DNA of 64,000 bases. It comes from Bacilli bacterium (GTDB lineage: Bacteria; Bacillota_I; Bacilli_A; ML615J-28; CAG-698). The translations under genes were made by a program, and so were the position numbers. Shown here one piece after another: positions 42,156 through 51,151 of this stretch. A model generated the notes under the pieces. It saw nothing but the letters and a program-made list of their open reading frames with translations, searched no databases and was not told where the DNA came from. Every line of letters begins with the position of its first letter. Position 1 is the stretch's first letter. The stretch covers positions 88,184-152,183 of the forward strand of contig JAQUZE010000002.1 in assembly GCA_028691515.1 (NCBI GenBank), given 5' to 3'.

Positions 42156-42737
42156 ATGTTATTTTTAATGCCTGTTGGGGGATGGATTGCAATTGGTGCT
42201 GTATTACTTGTTGTGATTATATTTATTTCGTTTCTTATTTCTCAATATAATAGTTTGGTTATTAATAGAAATAGAGTTAGAAATGGTTGGAGCCAAATTG
42301 ATGTTCACTTAAAAAGACGTTTTGATTTAATTCCTAATCTTTTAGAAACTGTTAAAGGTTATGTTAAGCATGAAGCGGAAATATTTGGAGAATTTGCTAA
42401 AGCAAGAAATTTATATGCGCAAGCAAACAATCCTCAAACTTTAGCAAATGCTGAAAAAGAATTATCGGGAGCATTAAGTAGGTTGTTAATGGTTCAAGAA
42501 AGATATCCCGATTTGCAAGCCAATGATAATTTTAAAATGTTGATGTCTGAGTTGAGTGATACTGAAGATAAAATAGCCTATACTCGTCAATTTTATAACG
42601 ATTCAGTTTTAAAATATAATAATAAAGTTGAATTGTTTCCTTCAAATATAATTGCAGGATGGTTTAAATTTGAAAAGGCAGAGTTTTTTGAAGTTGTTGA
42701 GGAATCTCAAAGAGAGGCACCAAAGGTTAGTTTCTAA
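42156..42737 (+). CDS. lemA: LemA family protein
   Basis: N-terminal TM plus LemA signature region; usual DUF2207 partner. Confidence 0.8.
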   Translation: MLFLMPVGGWIAIGAVLLVVIIFISFLISQYNSLVINRNRVRNGWSQIDVHLKRRFDLIPNLLETVKGYVKHEAEIFGEFAKARNLYAQANNPQTLANAEKELSGALSRLLMVQERYPDLQANDNFKMLMSELSDTEDKIAYTRQFYNDSVLKYNNKVELFPSNIIAGWFKFEKAEFFEVVEESQREAPKVSF

Positions 42738-42742
42738 AATTA

Positions 42743-42771
42743 AAAAGAGCAGATAAAAATCTGCTTTTTTA
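42743..42771 (+). terminator. Rho-independent terminator after lemA
   Basis: agcagat/atctgct hairpin plus T6. Confidence 0.8.
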
Positions 42772-42783
42772 ATAAATAATAAT

Positions 42784-42812
42784 ATAAAAAATAGACCTAT
42801 TAATGGTCTATT
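42784..42812 (-). terminator. Rho-independent terminator of rpmE (minus strand)
   Basis: tagacc/ggtcta hairpin overlapping stop, with A-tract on + strand (T-tract on the - strand). Confidence 0.65.
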
Positions 42813-43017
42813 TTTCTTTTTTCTCTAAACGTTTTCTAAATTTTTCAACTCTGCCTGCAGCTTGAGTGAATTTTTGTTCTCCAGTATAAAATGGATGACA
42901 TTTTGAACATGAGTCAACTCTAATATCTTTTAATACAGAGCCAGTTTCGAATGTATTTCCACAAGTAGTACATGTAACAGTTGTTTTAAAGTACTTTGGA
43001 TGAATATCTTTTTTCAT
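42808..43017 (-). CDS. rpmE: 50S ribosomal protein L31 (zinc-ribbon, C+ form)
   Basis: MKKDIHPKY...CxxC...CxxC, 69 aa. Confidence 0.95.
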   Translation of the reverse strand: MKKDIHPKYFKTTVTCTTCGNTFETGSVLKDIRVDSCSKCHPFYTGEQKFTQAAGRVEKFRKRLEKKEK

Positions 43018-43200
43018 TGTTTTCTCCTTCCGCCATGATTAATTTGTAAACCATAGTAAGTTTATTACTTATGTATTATACTATAATTGTATTTAGATGT
43101 CAACTTTTATTAGTTTAAAAAATTTATAAATGGACTTTGGTAATGTATTATAATATGTTATAATATTATAGTAATAATATCTATAAAGGAAGTGATTCAT

Positions 43201-43779
43201 ATGGAATTTCAAACACATGAAGGATGGATTGAAGTTATAACAGGATGTATGTTTGCGGGGAAAACTGAGGAATTATTAAGAAGGATTAAGAGGTTAGAGT
43301 ACGCTAAAAAAACGATTTTAGTTTTTAAACCTTCTATTGATAATAGGTATAGTGAAAGTGATGTTGTGTCTCACAATAATAAGCGAACAAAGAGCTATAG
43401 TGTAACTAGTTCTAGTGAAATATTAGAAGCGGTAAATTTAGAAAAACCTTATGCGGTTGCAATTGATGAGGCGCAGTTTTTTAATGATGATATTATAGAA
43501 GTGTGTGAAAAACTTGCTGATATCGGAATCAGAGTTATTGTAGCGGGGTTAGATACAAACTTTAGAGGTGAGCCATTTGGTCCTATGCCAATTATTTTAG
43601 CAAGAAGTGAATATGTGACTAAGTTGCAGGCAATATGTCAAGTTTGTGGTGCTCCAGCAACAAGAACTCAAAGATTAATTGACGGTAAACCAGCTAAATA
43701 TTCTGATCCAACAATTAAAATTGGTGCAAGTGAGCAGTATGAGGCTAGGTGTAGACATTGTCATAAGGTTCCAAGATAA
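43201..43779 (+). CDS. tdk: Thymidine kinase
   Basis: P-loop [12 protein letters not shown]-terminal zinc ribbon CxxC...CxxC; AAAGGAAG RBS before ATG 43201. Confidence 0.9.
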   Translation: MEFQTHEGWIEVITGCMFAGKTEELLRRIKRLEYAKKTILVFKPSIDNRYSESDVVSHNNKRTKSYSVTSSSEILEAVNLEKPYAVAIDEAQFFNDDIIEVCEKLADIGIRVIVAGLDTNFRGEPFGPMPIILARSEYVTKLQAICQVCGAPATRTQRLIDGKPAKYSDPTIKIGASEQYEARCRHCHKVPR

Positions 43780-44253
43780 ATGTCTGATTTGGAATATATG
43801 GAACTTGCTTTTGCAGAGGCAAAAAAAGCATATAAAAAAAGAGAAGTTCCTGTTGGGGCAATACTAGTTCTTGATGATAAAGTAATAGCAAAAGCTTATA
43901 ATAAAAGAGAAAAAAGTAACAACCCTTTAGGGCATGCAGAGATTAATGTAATTGTTAAAGCTTCAAAAAAATTAAAAAACAAAATTTTAGAGGATGCGAC
44001 GTTATATGTTACCTTAGAGCCTTGTCTAATGTGTGCGGGTTTAATATTACAAACCAGGATTCAAAAAATTGTTTATGGTGCGAAAGAGCCTAAATTTGGA
44101 GTTTTGAACAGTCTTGGCAATGTATATTTAGACTATAATTTTAATCATAAAGTGGATATTGTTGGTCCTATAATGGAAGAAAAAGTTTCAGAATTAATGA
44201 AAAAATTTTTTAAAGAATTACGAGACCAAAAGAAACAAACTCTTGAGAATTAA
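43780..44253 (+). CDS. tadA: tRNA-specific adenosine deaminase
   Basis: CDA zinc motifs HAEINV and TLEPCLMCAG. Confidence 0.9.
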   Translation: MSDLEYMELAFAEAKKAYKKREVPVGAILVLDDKVIAKAYNKREKSNNPLGHAEINVIVKASKKLKNKILEDATLYVTLEPCLMCAGLILQTRIQKIVYGAKEPKFGVLNSLGNVYLDYNFNHKVDIVGPIMEEKVSELMKKFFKELRDQKKQTLEN

Positions 44254-44275
44254 GTAATAAAATGATATAATAATC

Positions 44276-44395
44276 TAGGATCTCATTTTAATTACCTATA
44301 TCCAATATCTTGAAATGAATCAGGTCAGGTCGTGATTGAAGCAGCCTTAAGTTATCTAAGATATGTGGGTATGGGTACTTAAGATGAGATCTTTT
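44276..44395 (+). ncRNA. ffs: Signal recognition particle RNA (small/4.5S-type SRP RNA)
   Basis: Conserved domain IV motif tcaggtcaggtcgtgattgaagcagcc; closing helix ggatctcat...atgagatc; position right after tadA as in Bacillus (tadA-scr). Confidence 0.7.
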
Positions 44396-44410
44396 TGAAT
44401 AGGTGAAGAT

Positions 44411-45373
44411 ATGAAAATTGGAAATATTGAATTAAAAAATAAAGTAATTATAGCACCTTTAGCAGGATATACTAATCAAGCATATAGAAAGATTATGAAG
44501 GAAGCTGGTGCTGCTCTAACTTATACAGAAATGATAAGTTGTAAAGGGTTGATATATTCTAGTGATAATACTTGGGATTTAACAAAAATATCAGATGATG
44601 AACGACCAGTATCATTACAATTATTTGGGGGTGAAACGGAAGATTTAGTAAAAGCTGCTATATTAATTGACGAGAAAACTAATTGTGATATTATTGATAT
44701 AAATATGGGCTGTCCTGTTAGGAAAGTACTTAAGTCTCATTCTGGGAGTTATCTTTTACATGATGTAGATTTAATTGAAGATATTGTCTCTAGTGTAGTT
44801 AAGACAGTTAAAAAACCTGTAACTGTAAAAATCAGGGCTGGAATTAATCATCAAAAGATTAATGTTATTCAAGTTGCTAAAGCTATAGAAAGAGCTGGTG
44901 CTAGTGCTATTGCTGTTCATGGAAGAACGCAAAGTGATTTGTATAGAGGTAAAGTTAATTTAGATTTTATTAAGATGGTTAAAGATAATGTTAGTATTCC
45001 TGTTATTGGTAATGGCGATATCAAAACAATTGATGATGCTGTTTTTATGCTAAAATATACTAATTGTGATGCTATAATGATAGGTAGAGGTAGTTTAGGA
45101 AATCCTTGGTTTATATATAATTTGGTATCTTATTTTGAGAACAAAAGTGAATTTTTAGAACCAACAAAAGAAGATAGAATTAATATGGTTATTAAGCATT
45201 ATAATTTATTAAAGGAAGTAAAAAGCGAGTATATTGCTTTGTTAGAAATAAGGTCAATTGTGGCTTTTTATTTAAAGACAATCACTGGAGTTAAAGAGTA
45301 TAAGCAATTGCTTGTTAATGCAAAAAGTGAAAATGAATTTTTTAAAATTTTAGAAAAATTAAGGGAAAATTAA
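44411..45373 (+). CDS. dusB: tRNA-dihydrouridine synthase
   Basis: MKIGNIELKNKVIIAPLAGYTN N-terminus, catalytic INMGCP motif. Confidence 0.9.
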   Translation: MKIGNIELKNKVIIAPLAGYTNQAYRKIMKEAGAALTYTEMISCKGLIYSSDNTWDLTKISDDERPVSLQLFGGETEDLVKAAILIDEKTNCDIIDINMGCPVRKVLKSHSGSYLLHDVDLIEDIVSSVVKTVKKPVTVKIRAGINHQKINVIQVAKAIERAGASAIAVHGRTQSDLYRGKVNLDFIKMVKDNVSIPVIGNGDIKTIDDAVFMLKYTNCDAIMIGRGSLGNPWFIYNLVSYFENKSEFLEPTKEDRINMVIKHYNLLKEVKSEYIALLEIRSIVAFYLKTITGVKEYKQLLVNAKSENEFFKILEKLREN

Positions 45374-45374
45374 T

Positions 45375-46670
45375 ATGAAAACTTATTCAATGAAAGAAAT
45401 AGATAATGAATTATATTTAGGAAAATTCAGATTAAGTGATCTTGCTAAAGAATATAAAACACCATTATATGTATATGATGAATTAGGAATTAATAATAAG
45501 ATTGATATTTTTAAAAAATCATTTATTAGCGATTCTTTTATTACAACAATTGTTTACGCTTCAAAAGCTTTTTTAGCTCCATATCTTTGTAAGTTGTTAG
45601 AAAATAAAGGTTTATCTATAGATGCGGTTAGTATTGGAGATTTGTTGCTTTTGAAGCAAGCGAAGTTTCCTATGGAAAGAGTTATTTTTCATGGTAATAA
45701 TAAAAGCATTGAAGAATTAAATTTATGTTTGGATTTAAATGTTAAATATATTGTAATTGATAGTTTGAGAGAATTAAAAAGATTAGATATATTAACTCAA
45801 GAAAAAAAGATAAAATGTAATACGTTATTTAGAGTTAATCCTGGAATTGAGGCGCATACACATGAGTTTATTCAAACTTCTTTGTTGGATTCAAAATTTG
45901 GTGAATCTATTAATGATAGTTTGATTTTTGAAAAAATTGTTGATATTTATAAACATTCACCATATTTATTTTTAAAAGGGTTTCATGCCCATATAGGATC
46001 GCAAATTAATGTATCTTCTAGTTTTGGAAAAGAAGTTGAGGTTTTATTGGATTTTATAGAAATGTTTCAAAAAGTTAATGGATATAATGTTAGAGTTTTA
46101 GATATAGGTGGTGGGTTTGGTATTAAGTATTTAGATACTGATACTCCTTTAGATTTAGAAGAAACTCTTCAAAATGTAGTAAAGATTGTTGAAAATAAAA
46201 TGAAAACTAGAGGTTTATTTATTGAAGAATTATTAATAGAACCAGGAAGAAGTATTGTTGGTGATTCAGGTATTACTCTATATACGTGCGGTGGAAGCAA
46301 ACAAACTTTCAGCAAAAAAAATTTATGTATTGTTGATGGGGGAATGGCTGATAATATTAGGCCGGCGTTATATAGGGCAAATTATAGTGTTGATATTGCT
46401 AATCGTGTTAATGGAAGTGAAAAATATGTTTATGATGTTGTTGGAAAGTATTGTGAATCTGGAGATATTATTGCTAGAAATGTGATTCTTGGCAAGGTGA
46501 AAGATAAAGATATAATTGTAACACATTCAACTGGTGCTTATTGTTATTCTATGAGTTCTAATTATAATGGATCTTTAAGGCCAGCAGTAATTTTTGTTAA
46601 GGATGATAAGGTTAAAGAGGCTATTAAAAGAGAAACATATGAAGATTTAGCGAAAACATATATTTTTTAA
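45375..46670 (+). CDS. lysA: Diaminopimelate decarboxylase (PLP fold-type III)
   Basis: EPGRSIVG and CESGD motifs, YASKAF PLP-lysine region. Confidence 0.8.
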   Translation: MKTYSMKEIDNELYLGKFRLSDLAKEYKTPLYVYDELGINNKIDIFKKSFISDSFITTIVYASKAFLAPYLCKLLENKGLSIDAVSIGDLLLLKQAKFPMERVIFHGNNKSIEELNLCLDLNVKYIVIDSLRELKRLDILTQEKKIKCNTLFRVNPGIEAHTHEFIQTSLLDSKFGESINDSLIFEKIVDIYKHSPYLFLKGFHAHIGSQINVSSSFGKEVEVLLDFIEMFQKVNGYNVRVLDIGGGFGIKYLDTDTPLDLEETLQNVVKIVENKMKTRGLFIEELLIEPGRSIVGDSGITLYTCGGSKQTFSKKNLCIVDGGMADNIRPALYRANYSVDIANRVNGSEKYVYDVVGKYCESGDIIARNVILGKVKDKDIIVTHSTGAYCYSMSSNYNGSLRPAVIFVKDDKVKEAIKRETYEDLAKTYIF

Positions 46671-46682
46671 AAGGAGAATTTT

Positions 46683-47576
46683 ATGAAAGTATTCGATGTA
46701 CATAGTGATATATTATATGATTTGTATTATCAATATAAGAAAGGTAATTTAAATCGTTTCAAGAAAACACATTTGTCTCAAATGAATAATTCTATTATTG
46801 AAGGAGCTTTGTGGACCATGTTTTCGCCTGATGATTTTGATTTGTTAGAAGCTGTTAAGATTTCTCTTGAAATGATTGATTGGGATAAAATATCTAATTA
46901 CAAAGTTATGCTTGGGTTGGAAGGGTTGAGAAATTTAAAAGAAGCTGAAGACATTAGAAAATTATATGATTTAGGTTTTCGACACGCAATGCTAACTTGG
47001 AATGAAGAAAATAAATATGCAACAGGTGTAGCGGGTGACTCAAATAGTGGCGTCAAAGAAGAAGGATATAAATTATTAAAGATTATGGAAGAATTAGATA
47101 TGATTATTGATGTTGCTCATCTAAATCAAAAAAGCTTTTATGATGTGTTGGAATTTACAAACAAAAACATTATATATTCGCATGGATTAGTTAAGGAAAT
47201 TTGTGATCACAGAAGAAATTTAACTTTAAATCAAATGAAGGTTTTAAAAGAAGCTAATGGGTTATTTGGTTTAACACTGGCCAAATCATTTGTTTCGAAA
47301 GATGAAGATAAAAGAGGGTTGGAATATTTTTTGAATCATGTTGATTATGCAGTTAGTGTTATGGGAATAGATAATGTATGTTTTGGTTTTGATTTTATGG
47401 ATTATCTTTCTGATTTTGAAAACGCGAATGTCTCAGAAGTTCCAGATGCTACAAAAGTACATTTGATTATCGAAGGCATGGAAAAAAGAGGGTATAGTAA
47501 AGAAGATATTAAGAAGATTTCATGGGATAATTTTTATAATAGATTCAAAAATAAACTATTTTTTAAAGGAGAATAA
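46683..47576 (+). CDS. Membrane dipeptidase (peptidase M19 family)
   Basis: MKVFDVHSDILYDL N-terminus, 297 aa, M19-like conserved His/Asp positions. Confidence 0.75.
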   Translation: MKVFDVHSDILYDLYYQYKKGNLNRFKKTHLSQMNNSIIEGALWTMFSPDDFDLLEAVKISLEMIDWDKISNYKVMLGLEGLRNLKEAEDIRKLYDLGFRHAMLTWNEENKYATGVAGDSNSGVKEEGYKLLKIMEELDMIIDVAHLNQKSFYDVLEFTNKNIIYSHGLVKEICDHRRNLTLNQMKVLKEANGLFGLTLAKSFVSKDEDKRGLEYFLNHVDYAVSVMGIDNVCFGFDFMDYLSDFENANVSEVPDATKVHLIIEGMEKRGYSKEDIKKISWDNFYNRFKNKLFFKGE

Positions 47577-47577
47577 A

Positions 47578-48642
47578 ATGAAGAATAATTTAAACATTCT
47601 TAATAGTCTAATTTCAGATGCAATTAAAGATGGATATTTTCCAGGCGGAAATTATTGTTTAGTAGAAAACAATAATGTACATTTAGATTCTTTGGGTTTA
47701 AGGGCAATTTTTCCAGAAAAAGAAAAAAACGATTTAAATACAGTTTATGATATGGCATCATGTACTAAGGTTGTTGTTACTACGACTTCAATATTTTTAT
47801 TAATGGAAGCGGGGAAATTAAGACTATTTGATAATGTTAAGAAATATATTCCAGAATTAAAATATGATAATATTACTGTTTTCGATTTAATGACACATAC
47901 TTCAGGATATCCTGCAGGAATTTTCTGGTCAAAAGAAATTAATACACGTAAACAAGTATTGGACCAAATATATTCCTTAGATATCAAATATGAAAAAAAT
48001 AGTAAAATTCTTTATTCGGATATTGGGTTTATTTTGCTTGGAATTCTTATTGAAAATATTAGTGGGCTTAATTTAAGTGAATTTGCAGAATTGTATATAT
48101 TTAAACCGCTTGATATGAATAATAGTTGTTTTAATCCAAAAAATAAAGAAGCCTGTGCACCAACAGAAATTAGAGATAATATTATTACAAGAGGAGATGT
48201 TCATGATGAAAGAGCATATACTCTTGGTGGCGTTGCAGGACATGCTGGTCTTTTTTCAACAGTTGAAGATATCTCTCATTTTATTATGATGATTTTAAAT
48301 GAAGGTAATTATAACGGTAAGCAATTTTTATCAAAAGCAACTATTGATTTAATGTTTACTCCTCAAGTTAGAGAATTAAATGGTATTAATCTTATTGGAG
48401 AACAAAGAGGATTAGGATGGATAATTAAAGGAAGTTTTTCTTCTGCTGGTGATTTAGCTAGTCCTGAAACTATTTTACATACTGGTTTTACAGGAACTAA
48501 TATTTTTATAGATAGAATAAATAAAGTTGGATTTTCGCTTTTAACTAATCGAGTTCATCCAACAAGAGATAATATAAAAATAATCGCATTTAGAGCAAAA
48601 ATTGGTAATTTTGTTATAAGTCATTTTGGAGGTAAAAATTAA
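47578..48642 (+). CDS. Serine hydrolase, beta-lactamase/transpeptidase-like (class C / D-aminopeptidase family)
   Basis: SxxK motif SCTK, YSD and HTG (KTG-like) motifs. Confidence 0.75.
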   Translation: MKNNLNILNSLISDAIKDGYFPGGNYCLVENNNVHLDSLGLRAIFPEKEKNDLNTVYDMASCTKVVVTTTSIFLLMEAGKLRLFDNVKKYIPELKYDNITVFDLMTHTSGYPAGIFWSKEINTRKQVLDQIYSLDIKYEKNSKILYSDIGFILLGILIENISGLNLSEFAELYIFKPLDMNNSCFNPKNKEACAPTEIRDNIITRGDVHDERAYTLGGVAGHAGLFSTVEDISHFIMMILNEGNYNGKQFLSKATIDLMFTPQVRELNGINLIGEQRGLGWIIKGSFSSAGDLASPETILHTGFTGTNIFIDRINKVGFSLLTNRVHPTRDNIKIIAFRAKIGNFVISHFGGKN

Positions 48643-48643
48643 T

Positions 48644-49630
48644 ATGAAATTTAAAATTTTCGATAGTTCTTTGATAGATGAAATTATTAGTTTATGGAAT
48701 GATGAGATTGCTTCATTAGGTTTTTTTAAGCCTTGGACAGTAGAAAGTTTTACAAATAAATTTTTAAAAAATCCAAGTTTTAAAAAAGAAGGATTAGTAT
48801 GTTTGTTTAAAGATAATTTGGAGATGATTGGCTTTGGAGAAGCAAATGTTACAAAGAATCAATTAAATCCAAGTCTTACTCCTGGATATATTACATGTAT
48901 TGCTGTTAGAAAAAAATATCAAAGACAAGGTTATGGAACTTTAATTTTGGAAAAACTTGAGGAGTTTTTAAAAAATGAAGGGAAAACTTTTGTTAGAAAT
49001 TTCTTTATGAATCCAACAAATTTAGAGTGGTATGTTCCGGGTTATGATAAACATAATCATCCAGGGGCACCTGCAATTAGTTATAATTCTAGTTATTATT
49101 TATTTTTACTTGCAAATGGTTATAACACTAATGGCCAACAAGACGCATATCATTTGAATTTAAGAGATTATGAATTGCCGGAGTATGTAATTAAGAAAAA
49201 AGCTTTTAATGAAAAAGATGGGTATACGTTAACTTATTATGATGATAAAATCCATTTTGGTTTTGATTCTTTATTCGAGGCTTTAAAAAATGAAGGGTGG
49301 AACCAAGCTGTTAAAAGTGAAATTAATAGAGGGAATGGTTCAAAGTTATTGATTGCTCAAAAAGATGGCGAAATATTAGGTTTTACTGGACCAATATTTA
49401 CAGAAGAATCAGGACGAGGTTATTTGGCTGGCATTGGAATTCATCCAAAGGTTCAAGGAAGAGGACTTGGAAAAACTTTGTTTTGTGAACTTTGTTATCA
49501 ACATAAAATTAAAGGTTCAAAATTTATGACATTATTTACTGGAAGTGATAATCCTGCTAGAAATATTTATATGTATGCTGGAATGAAGCCAATTCAATCA
49601 TTTGCAATTATGAGAAAGGATTTTAAATAA
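48644..49630 (+). CDS. GNAT family N-acetyltransferase (two-domain)
   Basis: Acetyl-CoA binding motifs RKKYQRQGYGTLIL and GIHPKVQGRGLGKTL; GGAGG RBS before ATG 48644. Confidence 0.75.
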   Translation: MKFKIFDSSLIDEIISLWNDEIASLGFFKPWTVESFTNKFLKNPSFKKEGLVCLFKDNLEMIGFGEANVTKNQLNPSLTPGYITCIAVRKKYQRQGYGTLILEKLEEFLKNEGKTFVRNFFMNPTNLEWYVPGYDKHNHPGAPAISYNSSYYLFLLANGYNTNGQQDAYHLNLRDYELPEYVIKKKAFNEKDGYTLTYYDDKIHFGFDSLFEALKNEGWNQAVKSEINRGNGSKLLIAQKDGEILGFTGPIFTEESGRGYLAGIGIHPKVQGRGLGKTLFCELCYQHKIKGSKFMTLFTGSDNPARNIYMYAGMKPIQSFAIMRKDFK

Positions 49631-50928
49631 TGAAACCAATAAAAAAATTTAATGAAGAAGGATATATAACTTATTTTAGAAGTGAAGAAAAAGTAATGAT
49701 TCCGGATAAATATATACCTAAAAATGAGGAATTAAGAGCAGTTTGGTTTTCAACAGTAGCTAATATTGATATACCAAAATTTACAGACATTGATTCTTAT
49801 AAAGAATATTTACTAAATGTTATAAAAAAAGTTAAAGAATTTAATATGAATTCAATTATTTTCCAAGTAAGGCCGGCTAATGATGCTTTTTATAAAAGTG
49901 ATTTAAATCCTTGGAGTTCTTTTATAACAGGAATTCAAGGGAAAGATCCCGGTTTTGATATTTTTGAGTGGTTTATTGAAGAAGCAAGAAAAGAAGGATT
50001 AACTATTCATGCTTGGATAAATCCTTATAGAGTTTCTTTAAAAAAACTTCCAGATTTAAAAATGACAAAAGATGAATATTTGGATACATTAGCGGATAAT
50101 AATTTTGCGCGTCTTAATAAAAATTTGGTTATTGAAACTGTAGGAGGTAGTTTAATATTAGATCCTGCATCAATTGAAGTAAGAGAATTTGTTAGTGATT
50201 CTGTTTTAGAAATTGCTAGTAATTATGATATTAAAGCGGTTCATATTGATGACTATTTTTATCCATATGAAGAGATAAAAGATGAAAATGAAGAATTAAA
50301 ATTTAAAAAATCAGGTATTAAACATCTGGATGATTTTAGAAGAAACAATGTAAATATGCTAATTAAACTTATACATGAAAAATTAGAATCTTTACCTAAA
50401 AGAGTTGAGTTTGGTATTAGCCCCTTTGGTATATATAGAACAAATAGCAAATATTTTGAGAATAAAGAAGATAAAAGAGCGTGGGAATTTGGATCTAATA
50501 ATGATTATAGTTGCTACACTTGTTATCAAGGTTTGTATGCGGATGTTTATTATTGGATGGAAAAGGGTTATATAGATTATGTAGTTCCACAAGTATATTT
50601 TAATTTTGATTATCATAGAGTATTAGAAGATGGTAGTAAAAAAGAAATTGTAAAGTATGCTGATTTAGCTAAATGGTGGGATTATATATGCGAAAAAACA
50701 GGAACAAAATTGTATATTGGTCAAGGGTTATATAGAGTTGGAAGTGGTGAAAAATCTTGGAATGATCCTATGGAAATTAACAATCAGTTATTGTTTAATC
50801 AAACTTTAAAGAATGTAAAAGGAACAATTTTTTTTACTTATCATAATCTTGTTGATAATGATGTAGTTTTAAATGAAGCAAGAAACAATTTAAAATTATT
50901 GTGGTTTAAGCAAGCTAAAGAAATATAA
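49630..50928 (+). CDS. Glycoside-hydrolase-like protein, YngK/GHL10 (DUF4015) family
   Basis: 432 aa, TIM-barrel glycosidase-like conservation (NSIIFQVRP..., HAWINPYR, HIDDYFYP). Confidence 0.65.
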   Translation: MKPIKKFNEEGYITYFRSEEKVMIPDKYIPKNEELRAVWFSTVANIDIPKFTDIDSYKEYLLNVIKKVKEFNMNSIIFQVRPANDAFYKSDLNPWSSFITGIQGKDPGFDIFEWFIEEARKEGLTIHAWINPYRVSLKKLPDLKMTKDEYLDTLADNNFARLNKNLVIETVGGSLILDPASIEVREFVSDSVLEIASNYDIKAVHIDDYFYPYEEIKDENEELKFKKSGIKHLDDFRRNNVNMLIKLIHEKLESLPKRVEFGISPFGIYRTNSKYFENKEDKRAWEFGSNNDYSCYTCYQGLYADVYYWMEKGYIDYVVPQVYFNFDYHRVLEDGSKKEIVKYADLAKWWDYICEKTGTKLYIGQGLYRVGSGEKSWNDPMEINNQLLFNQTLKNVKGTIFFTYHNLVDNDVVLNEARNNLKLLWFKQAKEI

Positions 50929-50948
50929 AAAGCCGAAAGGCTTTTTTA
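50929..50948 (+). terminator. Rho-independent terminator
   Basis: aaagcc-gaaa-ggcttt hairpin plus T-tract. Confidence 0.75.
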
Positions 50949-51038
50949 TATTGAATAGAAAATGTTTTTTTTAGTACTATTGAAATAAAGAGTTTTTTTA
51001 GTTGGTTTAAAAAGACAAGTAGCTTTTTAATATATACC

Positions 51039-51067
51039 TTGATAAAAATGGCGTTTTATTATATAAT
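51039..51067 (+). promoter_or_regulatory. Sigma-A type promoter for the GH20/ABC glycan locus (TTGATA-17-TATAAT)
   Basis: -35 TTGATA 51039-51044, 17-bp spacer, -10 TATAAT 51062-51067. Confidence 0.55.
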
Positions 51068-51151
51068 AAGTAGATAAAAGTTAGCTGTTTTTGAATGTTT
51101 GCTTATTTAATATAAGTATAATAATGAGATTAAAAAGATAGGAGATAAATT

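Noticed and set aside
43020-43191. 172-nt AT-rich gap between rpmE (-) and tdk (+) as a candidate regulatory RNA or Zur-regulated region
   Set aside because: L31 here is the zinc-ribbon C+ form and is not Zur-controlled. The gap contains only divergent promoter-like TATAAT elements and no stable structure.
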